Positions 33,054-45,290 of a stretch of DNA of 64,000 nt are shown here, in pieces. Origin of the DNA: Hyaloraphidium curvatum SAG 235-1 (taxonomy: Eukaryota > Fungi > Monoblepharomycota); contig JAIVFI010000012.1 of the NCBI GenBank assembly GCA_025558095.1, forward strand, positions 62,001 through 126,000, read 5' to 3'. The notes beneath the pieces are model-generated. The model did not search any database. It saw only the letters and a list, made by a program, of their open reading frames with translations, and was not told the DNA's origin. Positions within the stretch are counted from its first letter, which is position 1. Each line of letters starts with the position of its first letter. Made by a program: the position numbers and the translations under genes.

Positions 33054-35335
33054 TCACTTGAGTCCGTGCTCCTTCTTGATGATGTCGGCGCCGCGCTCTC
33101 CGACCACGATCGCGGGGGCGTTCTGCATTCTGCGTCAGCGAAACCCGGCGAACGGCACGCAAAAGGGAACCCACCGTGTTGCCGGCGGTGATGTCGGGGA
33201 ACACCGAGGCGTCGCAGACGCGCAGGCCCTTCACGCCGCGGACCTTGAGACTCAGGTCGACGACGGTGTTGGGGTCCGAGTCGGGGCCCATACGGCAGGT
33301 CGTCGTAGGGTGGTACACTGGTCGGCCAAAGTCAGCGAGGCGCAGGCGGCGGGCCATTCTCGAACGCCTACCGGTGACGATGCAGCGCTGGATGTGCTCC
33401 TTGAGGTACTCGTCCGACTCGACGGGCTTCTTGGCCGTGTCGATGAGCGGGTTGGGCAGCTCGCGCACGATCTTGCCCTTGATCGGCTCCGCGGCCGCCA
33501 CCTTGCGGGCCGTCTTGCACGCGCGCAGCAGGGTCTCGAGGTCCTCGGGCGCCGAGAGGTAGTTGAACTTGAGCTCGGGGTAGTCGATCGGGTCCGAGCT
33601 GCGCACGGTGACGGTGCCGACGCTCTTGGGCTGCAGCATGGCGGGGGCGACGGTGTAGCCGAAGTAGGCCTCGTCGGCCTTGGTCAGCGGGGGGAGGTTG
33701 GCGGCGATGGGGACGGGACCGGGGCGGAGGAGGTTGCCGGGGACGAAGTGGAGCTGCCCATCGGGGCGCGACTTGTCCTCCGACACGCCGGTGTTGAAGA
33801 AGGCGACGCCCTGCAGACCGCCGGTGGCTGGATCGGGCCGTCGAGTTAGAAGCAGTCCTGAGTCCAGGCCAAGGAAGTAAGCTCACCGAGCGGACCCGTC
33901 TTGCTCGTAATGAAGCTGAAGAGGGCCTTGACGGTGGGGAAGTGCCACAGCTGGTCCGTCGCTGCCTCCTTGTCGTTCACCTCCCACGCCATGGGCACGT
34001 ACAGGTGGTCCTTGAGGTTCTTGCCGACGGCGGGCAGCTCGACCTTCGTCTCGATGCCGGCCTTCTTGAGCACCTCGGGGTCGCCGATGCCCGAGGACTG
34101 CAGGATCCAGGGGCTGTTTATGGCGCCGGCCGAGAGGATGACCTCCTTCTTGACGGGGATGAAGACGTCGGGGGCCTTGCGGAGTTCCTCGGAGTTGCGG
34201 CCGAAGCGGACCTTGACGCCCTTGGTGACGCCGCCCTCGACGACGACCTGGGTGACGTAGGTGTAGAACGAGACGGTCAGGTTGGGGCGCTTGAGGGCTC
34301 CGGTGTTGCGGATCCTGGGCGGCGACGCGGGATCAGCAAAAGGACCCAGCACGGTCTCGAGACGCCCACCAGGCCGAGTAGGTGTCGGAGCGGATGCCAT
34401 CGCGGCCGACGAACGCCTGGCCGTAGCTCATGCCGAACTGCGACGCGGCGTTGTAGTCCTCGTTGTACTTGAGCTCCGGGTCGCCGGTCTTGGGGCCCGA
34501 CTCGACGAACAGCTTGGTGTAGGGGTTCGAGTTGCCCTCGTGCTGCTGCAGGATGCCCTGGACGCCACCGACGCCGTGGAACTCGGTGTCGACCTTCTCC
34601 CCGGGGTAGCCCTGGCGGTCCTCGCTCTTCTTGAAGAAGGGCAGCATGTCCTTGAGGCCCCAGCCCGTGCAGCCGAGCTTGTCGGCCCAGTAATCATAAT
34701 CGTGCTGGCAGCGCACGTAGATGCCGGCGTTGGTAGACGAACATCCTCCGGCGACGCGGCCGCGGGGGAAGGGCATCTTGCGGGCGTGCTCGTGGTCGGG
34801 CTTCTCGCCCTCGAACATCCAGTCGAGGTCGGGCTTCTTCTGCTCGGGAGGCGGGCAATCAGCGCCGTCCGAACCCCGGCAGAACGACGGACCGAACCTG
34901 GAGGTGGAAGAACTGCCAGATGGTCTGGATGTCCACGATCTGGTTGTTGCCCGTGCCGGCCTCGATCAGGAGCACCTTGGCGTTGGGGTCCTCCGACAGG
35001 CGCGAAGCGACGACGGAGCCCGACGAGCCCGAGCCGATGACGATGACTTGAGGTGGGGAAATCAGCGGACATTGAAGGCATCGGCAGCTCGGGACCCACA
35101 ATCGTAGCCGTCCTTGATGTCGATGGGCTTCGAGGCATTCTTGCCCGCCGGGCCGAGCTTCGGCGCCGCCGACGACGAGAGGAAGTAGGTAGCGCCGGCG
35201 GCCACGGCAGCGGCGCCGGCGACGAGTACGGTGCGCTCAGCGAGGCCGGTCGAAGCCTGAAGCAAAAGCAGTGAGTCCGCGCAAACTCGCATCGGCGGCG
35301 CGGTGCCCCACCGAGACGGACGAGAGGATTCCCAT
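33054..35335 (-). CDS. GMC oxidoreductase (multi-exon)
   Basis: VIVIGSGSSGSVVASRLSE, PRGRVAGGCSSTN, EVILSAGAINSP, VGKNLKDH, YHPTTTCRMG, GLRVCDASVFP..GNT|NAP. Confidence 0.92.
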
Positions 35336-35592
35336 GGCGGCGGAGGCGCGCGGGCGAGGCAGAGACGCGGCCGCAGACGGCGCGAGACGCGGCGAACGGG
35401 GACGAGTGAGCGCGAACCGGTGTTGGAGACAGGACCCTTGGGAGGCGGTGCGCGCGATCACTCCCGACTACGGGAACTCCTAAAGTCGACAACCCGCGAA
35501 AAACTCGCTAAGCTCCGCGGCCATTGAGAGGTCTCGGGACTCCGGCGCGACTTAACTTCCGGGTCCCCGTTGATTGACCGCTAGAGACCGCG

Positions 35593-36645
35593 ATGGCGCC
35601 CGGAGATGTGGTCCTCATCGTCGGGGCCTCGACCGGCATCGGCAAAGCCCTCTCGGAGCGCTGCGCCCTGAACGGTTACAAAGTCATGATGGCCTCGCGC
35701 TCGCTGGACAAGGGGCTGCAGAACAAGGCCGACCTGATCGCAAAGTGCGGGGCCGGGTCGGAGAACCTTATCGAGTTCTGCAAGGCTGACGTGGCCGAGC
35801 GGGCGGACATGAAGCGGCTGTGGGACGAGACGTAGGTCGCCCGGGAGACGTTGCCACTTCCGGACCTTCCAACCCTCCGACGTGCCGCAGCATCGCCCGG
35901 TTCGGCACGTGCCACCACCTGATCCTCAACGCGTGGTCGTCCGCCAACCCCGAACCGGAAAAGGGCGGCCACTGGTGGGACATGGTCGACGCCGAGCAGG
36001 ACTACTGGGAGAAGGACATCTACACGGGGCTGACGGGCCAGATGGTTATTATGCGGTATGCGCTGACCCACTGGCGGCGGCAAAACATGGAGGGCAACAT
36101 CATCTGGACCGGGTCGGGGGTCGCGTTCCCGGGTGTGACGAGGACCAACTACATCTACCGTTGGTCGACGTTCGCCGTTCCGAAGGGCTACATGGACTCA
36201 TCGATTTCCCTACTCGTCGCGACAGCGGTCGTCAAGATGGCCATGATCAAGATGGCCGAGGTCTTTGACCTTTCCGTCAGGAGCCCGGGCTACAAGGGCC
36301 CTAAGATCCGGATGAACGTCGTCGCCCCCGGCATCGTGTACATCGAGAGCCGCGGGCCCACGCTGGAGGAAGCCACCCGGCGGTACGGCGGCGCGGAGAG
36401 GCTCAAGCGGGGCGGGGGTTGGACGCCGATGAACGTGCTCCTCGACGCGTAGGTCCCCGTTCTTTCGGCAAGGATGCCGCGCCGGCTTACCCTTCTGAAA
36501 ATGCAGCTACATCTTCCTGATGGAGAACAAGGACATCTCGGGGCAGACGCTGCAGGTCGCGGGCGAGCGGGGCAACGTGCGGATCTACAAGCCCAACACG
36601 CGGCACCCGGTATTCGACCTCAAGACGGGCAAGGCGAAGCTGTAG
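35593..36645 (+). CDS. Short-chain dehydrogenase/reductase, PTS1 -AKL (multi-exon)
   Basis: IVGASTGIG, KADVA, spliced YxxxK, IRMNVVAPG; ends GKAKL-TAG. Confidence 0.82.
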
Positions 36646-36771
36646 TGGACCGGCTGGAAGGGGGTGGGCCGGACGGCGAGCCACGGGCAGCTGGCGCGTA
36701 TGTACATTGCTTCGGCAACACGTGCGCCCGGCGCGTTCCTGGCGCGTGCTCCTGCCTTCCCGGCCGTGCTT

Positions 36772-39143
36772 TCAGGCCTTCACGGTCACGGTTTTCGTGC
36801 ATTTGGTGAGCGTCGAGCTCTTGGTGACCGTTTTCGAGATCGTCCTGGTGCACTTCGTGACCGTCGAGGTCCTGGTGCACTTTGTCGAGACGACGGTTTT
36901 GGTGCACTTGCTCAGGGTCGTCGTTTTCGACCAGACGGTCTTGGTCGTCGTCGTGGGCCGCATCGACACGGAAACCGTGGTCACGAAGATCGTGGTCGGC
37001 TGCATCACCGTCGACCAGCTGGTGAAGGTCGTGGGCTGCAGCGACACGCTCGTCACCGTTGAGGTTACCGGCGGCTCCTGCACGGTCACGGAGGTGGTGA
37101 CAGTGGTCGGCACCGACGTGACGCTCGTCAGAGTCGTCGACACGGTGGTGACGCTCGTCAGCGTGCTCAGGATGGTCTCGGTCGAAATCGACGTTGTTGT
37201 CACGGTCACCAATCCGTTGCACGGGGTCGACGTCGGCGTCGGCCCTGTGGTGGTCATTGCCGAGCGGGGCAGCATCACCAGGCACCAGCGGTGCAGGGTG
37301 CCCGAGTCGCCTCTGGCGACGTCGCTGACCGTGAGCATCCAGGAGCCGTCGGCGTTGTCGTACCGCCCGAAGTCGGCAAAACCGGCGAGGGTGCCTGCGC
37401 TCGGGCGGTACCGCGTGTCGGTGCACCTCTCCATGTAACCAAAGGCGTCCGCCGCGTCGTCGTCGAAAGTCATCGGCAGGCCCGAGGGCCTGGCATCGCT
37501 GTAGCAGTGGGGCTGGTCCATCAGCGTTACCGCCATCTCTCCTGTGTCGTTCACGGCGCTCAGGTAGACGTAGATGTCGGAAAAGTAGGTGTGGTCGATG
37601 GCCAGCTCGACGTCCAGGTCCGCGATCGGACCGATCCCGGTCAGGTTGAGGAACGAGTCGAAGGGCTCGCCGTCCAGGATCTCGCGCCTCTCTTCATTGC
37701 ACACCCTGATCCGCGAAGGATCCACTGTCGGCGTAGGCTACCGATGGAAGGAGGGTCGGTCAGCATCCACGAGGAGCCACTGCGTGCGGCAGAAACGTAC
37801 AAAGGGCACAGGCGTCTTCGTGGTCTGCACGAAAAGCTCCAATCAGCCAGTTGCTCCTGACTGCTAGTACTGAACTCACCCGGGACGTGCTGGTTGTCGT
37901 CGTCCGAGTAATCGAGGTTGTTTTCGTAAGAGTTCCGTTCTGAAGCGCCAGGACCATCTCGATCCACGGGAGGACTTCGGAGGTCCTCGTGTAGACCTGC
38001 AGGTACGCTTCCGGGTGGTTGCACCCGCCGAGGATGAAGCTGACTATACCGACTTGGAGCCATTGACCTCCACCGTTGTCCTTGAGCAGCGAAGATCCGC
38101 TGTCTGCACGCGGGGAATACCACTCCTCAGGAATATGTGAGGACCGCCGGTGTCGAAGAGGCTCACCGCCGTAGCAGATGCCCTTACCTCGGGCACCGGC
38201 GCAGAGGAACGAAGCTTCGAACCGGTTTTCGCTAAAGTAGCCGGAGTAAAATGCTTCGCACTCGACGTCCGAGACGGCCGGAATATCCACTTGTTGAAGG
38301 AGCTGCAACACCTTGAGTACTGACTAGCGTGCATGACCTCGAGCGAGCAGCTTACATTAGGGAAAACGTATCCAGGCGAGTGGTATCCCCAATTAGTGAT
38401 GTACTCGTAAATGTCGGAGACGCCCCAGCCCACGGCCCGCAGCAACTCGCCGCTCGCCGGCACTAGAGGGTCCCTGTTCAAGGACACGAACTCGGGCACG
38501 TTCGTCCCGTAGTTGTTCGGGGGGCCTAGGAGCAAGAGTGCCACGTCGCTGGCGCTCGTACTGGAGTTGAACTCAGGGTGGACTTCATAGTCGGTGACCT
38601 GGTAGACGATGGCGCCGTCCTCCTGGGGCGTGAGGGTGGCGTTGGTGCGGAAGGTGTGCACTGTCCAAAGATCGAGGTCCTCTTTCGCCGGGACGCAGTG
38701 GGCGGCTGTCATGGCCACGTCCGGGGCAAGCACTGTGCAGCCGCATACGAATCCTGCAGAGGGGGGGGGGGGGGGGCGGGGGGGTGAATGGATCTGCGAC
38801 CAAGAAGACGGCGTGCAAGACCGAGCTGCTCACCTTGCATTGCGTGGTTGAAAGCGCAGAGGAAGGGGTAAGCGAGTGCGCCCGAAACCGGGCCACCGCC
38901 GATGATGGCGGGCGGTGCCCCGCCGGCGCCGGCGCCGGGCCGGAAAGAGTGCGAAAGGATCGGCTGCGAGAGGGCTCGGCGTCCGCGGGGCACGGCAAAC
39001 GCATCCGCCCCCCGGGGCAGTGCGAGCAGCTCGGCGGCGAGTGTGGCAAGTGCAACGGAGGCGAGGAGGACCCGCGTGCCGCAGCGGCGGCGGGCGCACG
39101 TGCCCCCGGGGAAGGAGAAGACGGAACCCGCTGGGCACATCAT
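36772..39143 (-). CDS. Secreted trypsin-like (S1) serine protease fused to a proprotein-convertase P-domain and Thr-rich tail (multi-exon)
   Basis: IIGG, TAAHC, DVALL, spliced CYGDSGS; then DHTYFSDI...TFDDDA...GSWMLTVSD..GDSGTLHRWCL; T/V-rich tail. Confidence 0.82.
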
Positions 39144-39574
39144 GTTGTGCTCTGGGGAGTCCGATTTGTGGCTGTTGGTGATGGTTTGTAGATGTTGTTC
39201 GGCGTGTGACACCGTCTGACTCGGAGGGAGCCTTCTTATACGGCTTAGGGCTGTGCATGCCTCGGGTGCTGGATGACACAACAAAGAGGCGTCCTTGAGG
39301 GAGGTTTTAGCCACCAACGACCTTACCCTCAGGATGATCTTTGAAGCTTCCACTTGATAGTTGCTGCCTCATCGTCGCGCGGAAGCGGGAGGAAACGTGA
39401 TCCGGGCATCCCGTTCCGACAATCTCCCTATGCCAGCAGTCTTCAGCCGAGAAAACTAGGAATCCGTCTTTGCGATTGCGTAGCAGAGGTGGGAAGAGGG
39501 ATTGAAGAAGAGTTCGTGTCGCGCGAGGCACGGAGGATACGAAGGGCAATGCAATCAGTTCTTGGACTCTCGAC

Positions 39575-41713
39575 ATGGAACATGGATATCCTTGGCACGA
39601 TGCTGGACCGCCTCCCCCCGAGCTCTTCGAGCGCGTTCTCGATTTTCTCGATGCGCGGGACCTCTTCTTCTTCCGCCTGGTCTGCCGGCAGGCGTTCTCC
39701 ACCGCCAGCTCGGCGCTCGCGGGACGCGTTCGACAACTGGCCGTCCAACAGCGCGACCTGCCCTGCCTTTGGGACCTTCGGAACCACTTGTGCATCTTCT
39801 TTGCGAAACGCATCGGGGGCTTCGCCGAAAAGCGGACTTTTCCCCCGCGCGCTTTCGGCAGACTTCTGGTGTCGTGCGGGGCACCCGCCGACGGCATAGT
39901 TGCGCTCCACGTGTTCAAGGGGTACCTGCAGTCGTTCGACGAGGAAGCAGGTTCCTTCTTTTCGGGCTTGGGCGCTGACACTACGGTCCTGCGCGGGTTC
40001 CTCGAGCTCGTGCCAGGCGACGAGTGGGGCCCTTCCGAGCACGTCGCGGCGATGCTGCGGGCGACTGGACTACCGGAGCACGAGCTCAAGGCCGCCATTA
40101 TTGAATCGGAAGCTTACTCGGCTACCTGGAAGTGGTCCGTCGTGGCGCAACTGGAGCGCTGGCTGGACGGGTTTGTCCCGGGATCCCTCGAGCTGCCGAG
40201 CGAAAAAGAGCGGGCGGGAATGCTGGCAATGTTCGACGACGTGGCTGACTGGGACGAGCCGGAAGAGGTAGCCGCGGCAGTTCTCTGCGACCTGGGCGGC
40301 GATTGCATCGCGGCGGCCGCGAAGCTTTGCCTTTGGAATTGGCACGAGGTTGGGCGCTTGGTCATTACCTACTTCCGGCACCTGCATGGCCTGGGCGAGG
40401 AGGCTTACCGGGGCGCATTTCTTTCTTGCGGCGCTTCTACGTAGAAGAGCGCCTCCCCTGCCTGCCCGGGCTTCGTCGGGAGTTCTTTCGCGGATTGCTC
40501 AACCGCGAGCAGTACCCCGAGTCGTCCTCGTCTCTCGTGGCAGGCCTTTTCGTCGACGAACTGTTTCCTCCTGATCTCCGACTTCAAGCTACTGCCTTCT
40601 TGGTCGAACCGCGCAATCATGTCACCGTCGACCTTCTTCGCAAAATCGTCTCGGATCCACGACAGTGCGACCTTGGCCGTCTTAGGAACTTCTTTTCGGC
40701 AATCATACTGGACGAGAGGGTGCTCGTCAAGGCATTCGGCAAGAGCAAGCAGGGAGACGTGCACGCGAGGATCAGGACCATCTTGGAAGCTTCCAACCTT
40801 TCCGTCCCGTCACTCGCGAGCAGCCTGGTTCTCTCCCGCGACACGACCATGGTGGACTGGTTCCCAGACAGCTCTTTTGGAACGTCGCCGACCGATGTCG
40901 GACGTCTCATTGGCCAGCTTTTGGTCCTGTTTGGGACGTCACGATACATGGTTCGAAGTGGCAAGGCGACGCGCTTGATCCACCACCTGCTCCTCCCGCG
41001 GCGTTCGCAGGTGTCGAAGAAGGAATGGATTCGCGCTTTGGGGAATGCTTTGGAGGGCGTCTTTGCAACCCTCATCGAGGATGGGAAGGAAGCCGCCTTT
41101 GGCATCTTGAGCATGGGCGCCTTCCTTGGCGTGCTGCAACGCCAGTTCGAGCTCTACAAGGATCTGGTCTCCATCATTGCGTGCGATGTCCGTGTGCGGC
41201 AGAAGATTCTCAAGTTCGGGGATCTTCGCGCTCTTCTCGTGGGCAGAACCGGCTACATCGGAGATGGCACAACCCTGTGGGAGGCTTGGTCGTGGGAGCC
41301 GCTCGCTGCCGGGTTTCCACCCGTTCTGTGGCTCGAGACAGCTGGGATCGGGAACGACATGGACTTGGAGATGACGATCGCCGAGCGACACCTTGCGCTC
41401 ACCCAGCTCTGGTGGCGGTTGCCCCTGTTCAACATTCGACGCGAATGCCCCCGCCTCCACCCTCCCTTCGGCAAATTCTTCCACCACCCCACGGTCGCGG
41501 ACTTCCGCGCTGTCTCGGAGAATGTCGTCGGCGAGCCCAAGGACATCGAGCTCGCTCTCCAGGTTCGCCGTCGACGCTGCCGGCCCTACCTCGAAGCGTA
41601 CCTTTTTCTAGGTGAACGAAGGGCGGATCGACGATGCGGTCGAGGCGCTCAAGCGGACGGGGGCCAAGGTCAAGCCTTCGATGGCGACCATCGTCCGGAT
41701 CTCTTTGGCCTAG
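39575..41713 (+). CDS. F-box protein (lineage-specific, multi-exon)
   Basis: PPELFERVLDFLDARDLFFFRLVCR F-box; frame switch near 40444; last intron ~41563-41610. Confidence 0.65.
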
Positions 41714-41831
41714 AAGGAGGTCGGGTCGGAACTGGAATCAACGCCTTGGACCAACATCAGGCACATTGAAGCGGCAGTTTGGCCTCTAGTCTAGCCGTCT
41801 ACTGTGTACATGAATCCAACGCGAAGATGGT

Positions 41832-44800
41832 CTACTTCTGCCTGAAGTTGCAGAACCACAGGGCCAGGTACGCCAAAAGGAACCACCCGATCCCGGTGAT
41901 GAAGCCGACGGCGATGTAGAAGCCTTCCAAGACCGTCAGCTTCCGGACTCTGACCTTGACGCGGAACAAGCTCACCGTTGCTGGTGGTGTTGTAGTGATC
42001 GATGCCGAAACCGACTATTGCGTTGGTCGAGTTGCGGATCCACCCTGGAGAACGGAGGCGTTAGGACACCTCGCCCAAAGCGGCCCGAGGATTCAGCTCA
42101 CAGTCGAGAGCCAGGATGTTTGCGGCATACTCTTCGCCCGAGTTGATGGCGCAGACGCTGAAGGGAGAAGATTAGGCAAAGCGTCGACGACAAACAGGTC
42201 AGAACCTACTAAGTGATGGGCAGGGGGTTGGCGACGAGGTAGTTGCCGAAGCCCATGAGCGCGGCGGCGCGCACGGTCTGGTTTAGAGAGGTCTGGAGCG
42301 CATCCTCCGACGAAACAGGGATCGCGACCGCGGCCGAGAAGGCCGCGCGGGCCGTGGCCACCAGCGAATCCAGGTTCTCGATCGTCGATGCCGGGTTGCC
42401 GGCGGTGACGGCCGAAGCCCGGGCGGTCTGGTAGCTGTTCAGCGCCCGGGCGGTGCGGTAGAGCGAGAACACCGTCTCGTTCACGGATGCGTCGGCGTTC
42501 CTCCACACGTCAAAGCTGTTGAGGGCCTGCACGATGCTGGGGTTGGCCGCGGCGGCCGTCGCAGTCAGGTTCTTGGCGGCGCCGCCGAGACCCTGCACCG
42601 CGATCGAGGTGGTCTCGAAGGGGAAGCGCTCGTTGTTGGAGGCGCAGTACAGGGGCTGGCCAACGAGCTCGTCGCGGATCATGGGCAGGTAAAGGACGCG
42701 AGCGTACCTGAAAAGAGGGCAGTCGGGTCAGTGGACCCGATGATGGAGATGACGGCCCGGGGCAACTCACGAGAACCACTGCCAGAAGACCTTGACCGAC
42801 GGGTGGCGCATGAAAAGGAACTGGTCCGTGATGTAGTACCCGCCGACGATCAGGGCGTAGTAGAAGTGCAGCGTGAAGGCGGCGTTGGCGTACGGGATCG
42901 ACGCGGCGACGTAGGCGCACAGCATGTTGAGCGCGGTGACCGAGAAGGCCTCGGGGATCATGTACCCAATGTACCGTCCGGGGTAGGCCCAATTCGACAT
43001 TGTGAACATGATCGCGCCGACGATGGCCTGGGAAAGGTGAAAGAAGGCTTCAGCGCTGCCCCGGTCGAGACGTGCTTCGCAGAACCCACCATGATTGCGC
43101 TGACGAAGATCCACTCGACGACGAACATGACGAGCGAGTGGGCCAGGCGGTGGTAGTAGCCCGCGGCCTCCTCGTGGTAGTACATCTTGCGCTTCTCGAC
43201 CCAGTAGGCGATGGCGGCCGACCCGAAGCCCGCCGTGATGAGCTTGTACGACAGGCCCTCGGCCGTGCGCCCCTCGTAGCCGCCGATGTTGCGCTGCAGG
43301 TTGAAGAAGGCGCCGCCGAAGAAGAGCGCGACGACGATGCCGGCGATGATGCGCGAGACCGACATGACCGGGTTGCGGGCGTACACGAGGACCTGCCGCT
43401 TGGCCAGCTCCCAGAGCTGCACGTAGAAGGGGGCCTGGTGGTAGAACCCGAGCCGCTCGAGCACGCCCTCCTGGGCGTCGGCGCGGGTGACGACCTCGGC
43501 GATGGAGCCCTGGCCAGAGTGGATGGCGTCGACCTTCTTGTCGAGGATGGTGGCCTCGGACGAGGCCTCCCAGGCTTCGATGAGCTTGTCGGGCTGGGCT
43601 GCGAGGGCGTCGGCGTAGATCTCGGCTGCAGAGGAGGGTTAGGAGGGGATCGCAACGACACAGGCAGTGGGGCTCACCAGGGTTGCCGGCGACGAGGACG
43701 CCGAGGTTCTCGAAGTACAGGATGGCGTCCACGACGCGGCCAAAGTAGCAGAGCCTGCCCTTGGCCAGCAGCAGCAGGTAGTCGAACTGCGACAGGATGG
43801 TGTACGAGGGCTGGTGGATGGTGGCCACGCAGGCCAGCTTGCGTAGGCGGGTGACCTCGACGACGTTGGCGATGATCTCGCGGCCGGTGTTGGAGTCCAG
43901 GCCGGTCGTGGGCTCGTCGAGGAAGAGCACCGAGGCCACGGGGAGGAGCTCGAGGGCGACGTTGCAGCGCTTGCGCTCGCCGGTCGAGAGGCCGCGGACG
44001 ATGGCGGAGCCGATGCGGCGGTTCTCGCAGTAGCCGAGGCGCATGACCTCGAGGACGTCGTTGATCTGGGGAGGGGACGTGTTGGAGGTCCGGATCCCGG
44101 GGGGGGCACGGGCGGACAGACTCACCCGAGCGTCGCGCTGGGCGGCGCTGAAACTCGCGGGGAGCCGCAGCCGGGCGCCGAACTGGAGCATCTCGCGGAC
44201 CGTCAACTCGGGCGGGAGCCTGTGGGATGCGATGATCAGGCCACCGAGTCCCACGTCGAGTGATCAATCACGAACAGGTCGTCCGAGGTCACGTAGCCAG
44301 AATCCTTGACGAAGGTGCGCTTCTTCAGCAGGGCACCGTTGAGGCGCACGTCCTGGGTCCACTTTCCGGTGGTCTTGCGGAAGGCGAGCACGTCGAGGAG
44401 GGTCGACTTGCCGGCGCCCGAGGGACCCATGATGGCGAGCGTCTCGCCCGGCTGGAGGCGACGCAGGGTGGCAACGGGGCCGGCATCGTGGCGGGAGAGG
44501 AGCGAATCGCGGAGGGCGGTACGCGTGGAGGCAGCGGCGTGGTCGGCGGGGGACCGGGAAGTGAGAATTGCGCAAAGTCGGCCGGTGGCGCGGTGGTGGC
44601 CGCACCTTGCAGTAGCCCGACACGGCATCGAGGAGCACCTTCGGCTTCCCCTCCACCTTGAGCACGCAGCTGATGTCCTTGAACGAGAAGAAGGCCGGGT
44701 TCAGCTGGTTGGGATCCGTGACGGCCCAGGAGGCCAGCCGCGCGACGCGGTCGCTGGCCTTCGGCAGTTCGACCGAGGTCTCGGCCGGCGCGATGGCGGC

Positions 44801-44854
44801 CTTTTCGGCGACGGCCTCCATGGCGGGCGCGGCGAGCTGCTCGGCGGTCGACAT
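41832..44854 (-). CDS. ABCG-family half-transporter A (multi-exon)
   Basis: NBD-TMD order; GPSGAGKST, GLSTGERKR, LFLDEPTTGLDS, TIHQPS; TMD with a large insert before the last TM; ends CNFRQK. Confidence 0.92.
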
Positions 44855-45290
44855 CGGGGGAGACGAGTGCGATCGGCGGCGCTCGGAAGCGGATCGTCGG
44901 CTCGTCGGATGAGGCTCAATTGTCACATGGGGGGACTGCGGAAGGGCACCTGTTGCGAAATTAAAGCAAAACCTAAAAGCCCGCATGAGGGTCTACGTGC
45001 ATGAACGTACCTATCAGAGCATTGATTGCAATGCCAGGCTCTAGAAAAAGGTGAAAACAGCGTCGGAGCCAAAGGGTACGGTGAGTCGGGAGTTTGCTCC
45101 CTGGTAGCCGTGGTACCCCAGCTTCGTCGGGGGGGGATTCGGGGGTGCGGCCGCACACACATGCCCGAGCGGCTTGACCTCCGACAGCCCAAAGCCCGGA
45201 AAAACCCGGCTCCGTGCTGCCGTCGCGCTGCGCTAACTCACTCCCGCTGAAGCCCGGTCTCCCATCGCAGACCGACGAACTCCAGTCGCG
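44855..45290. promoter_or_regulatory. Putative bidirectional promoter of the ABCG pair
   Basis: 436 bp between divergent ATGs; locally AT-richer. Confidence 0.6.

Noticed and set aside
38761-38784. Long G homopolymer / possible G-quadruplex
   Set aside because: Lies in a trypsin-gene intron as a C-rich tract before the acceptor; no evidence of function.
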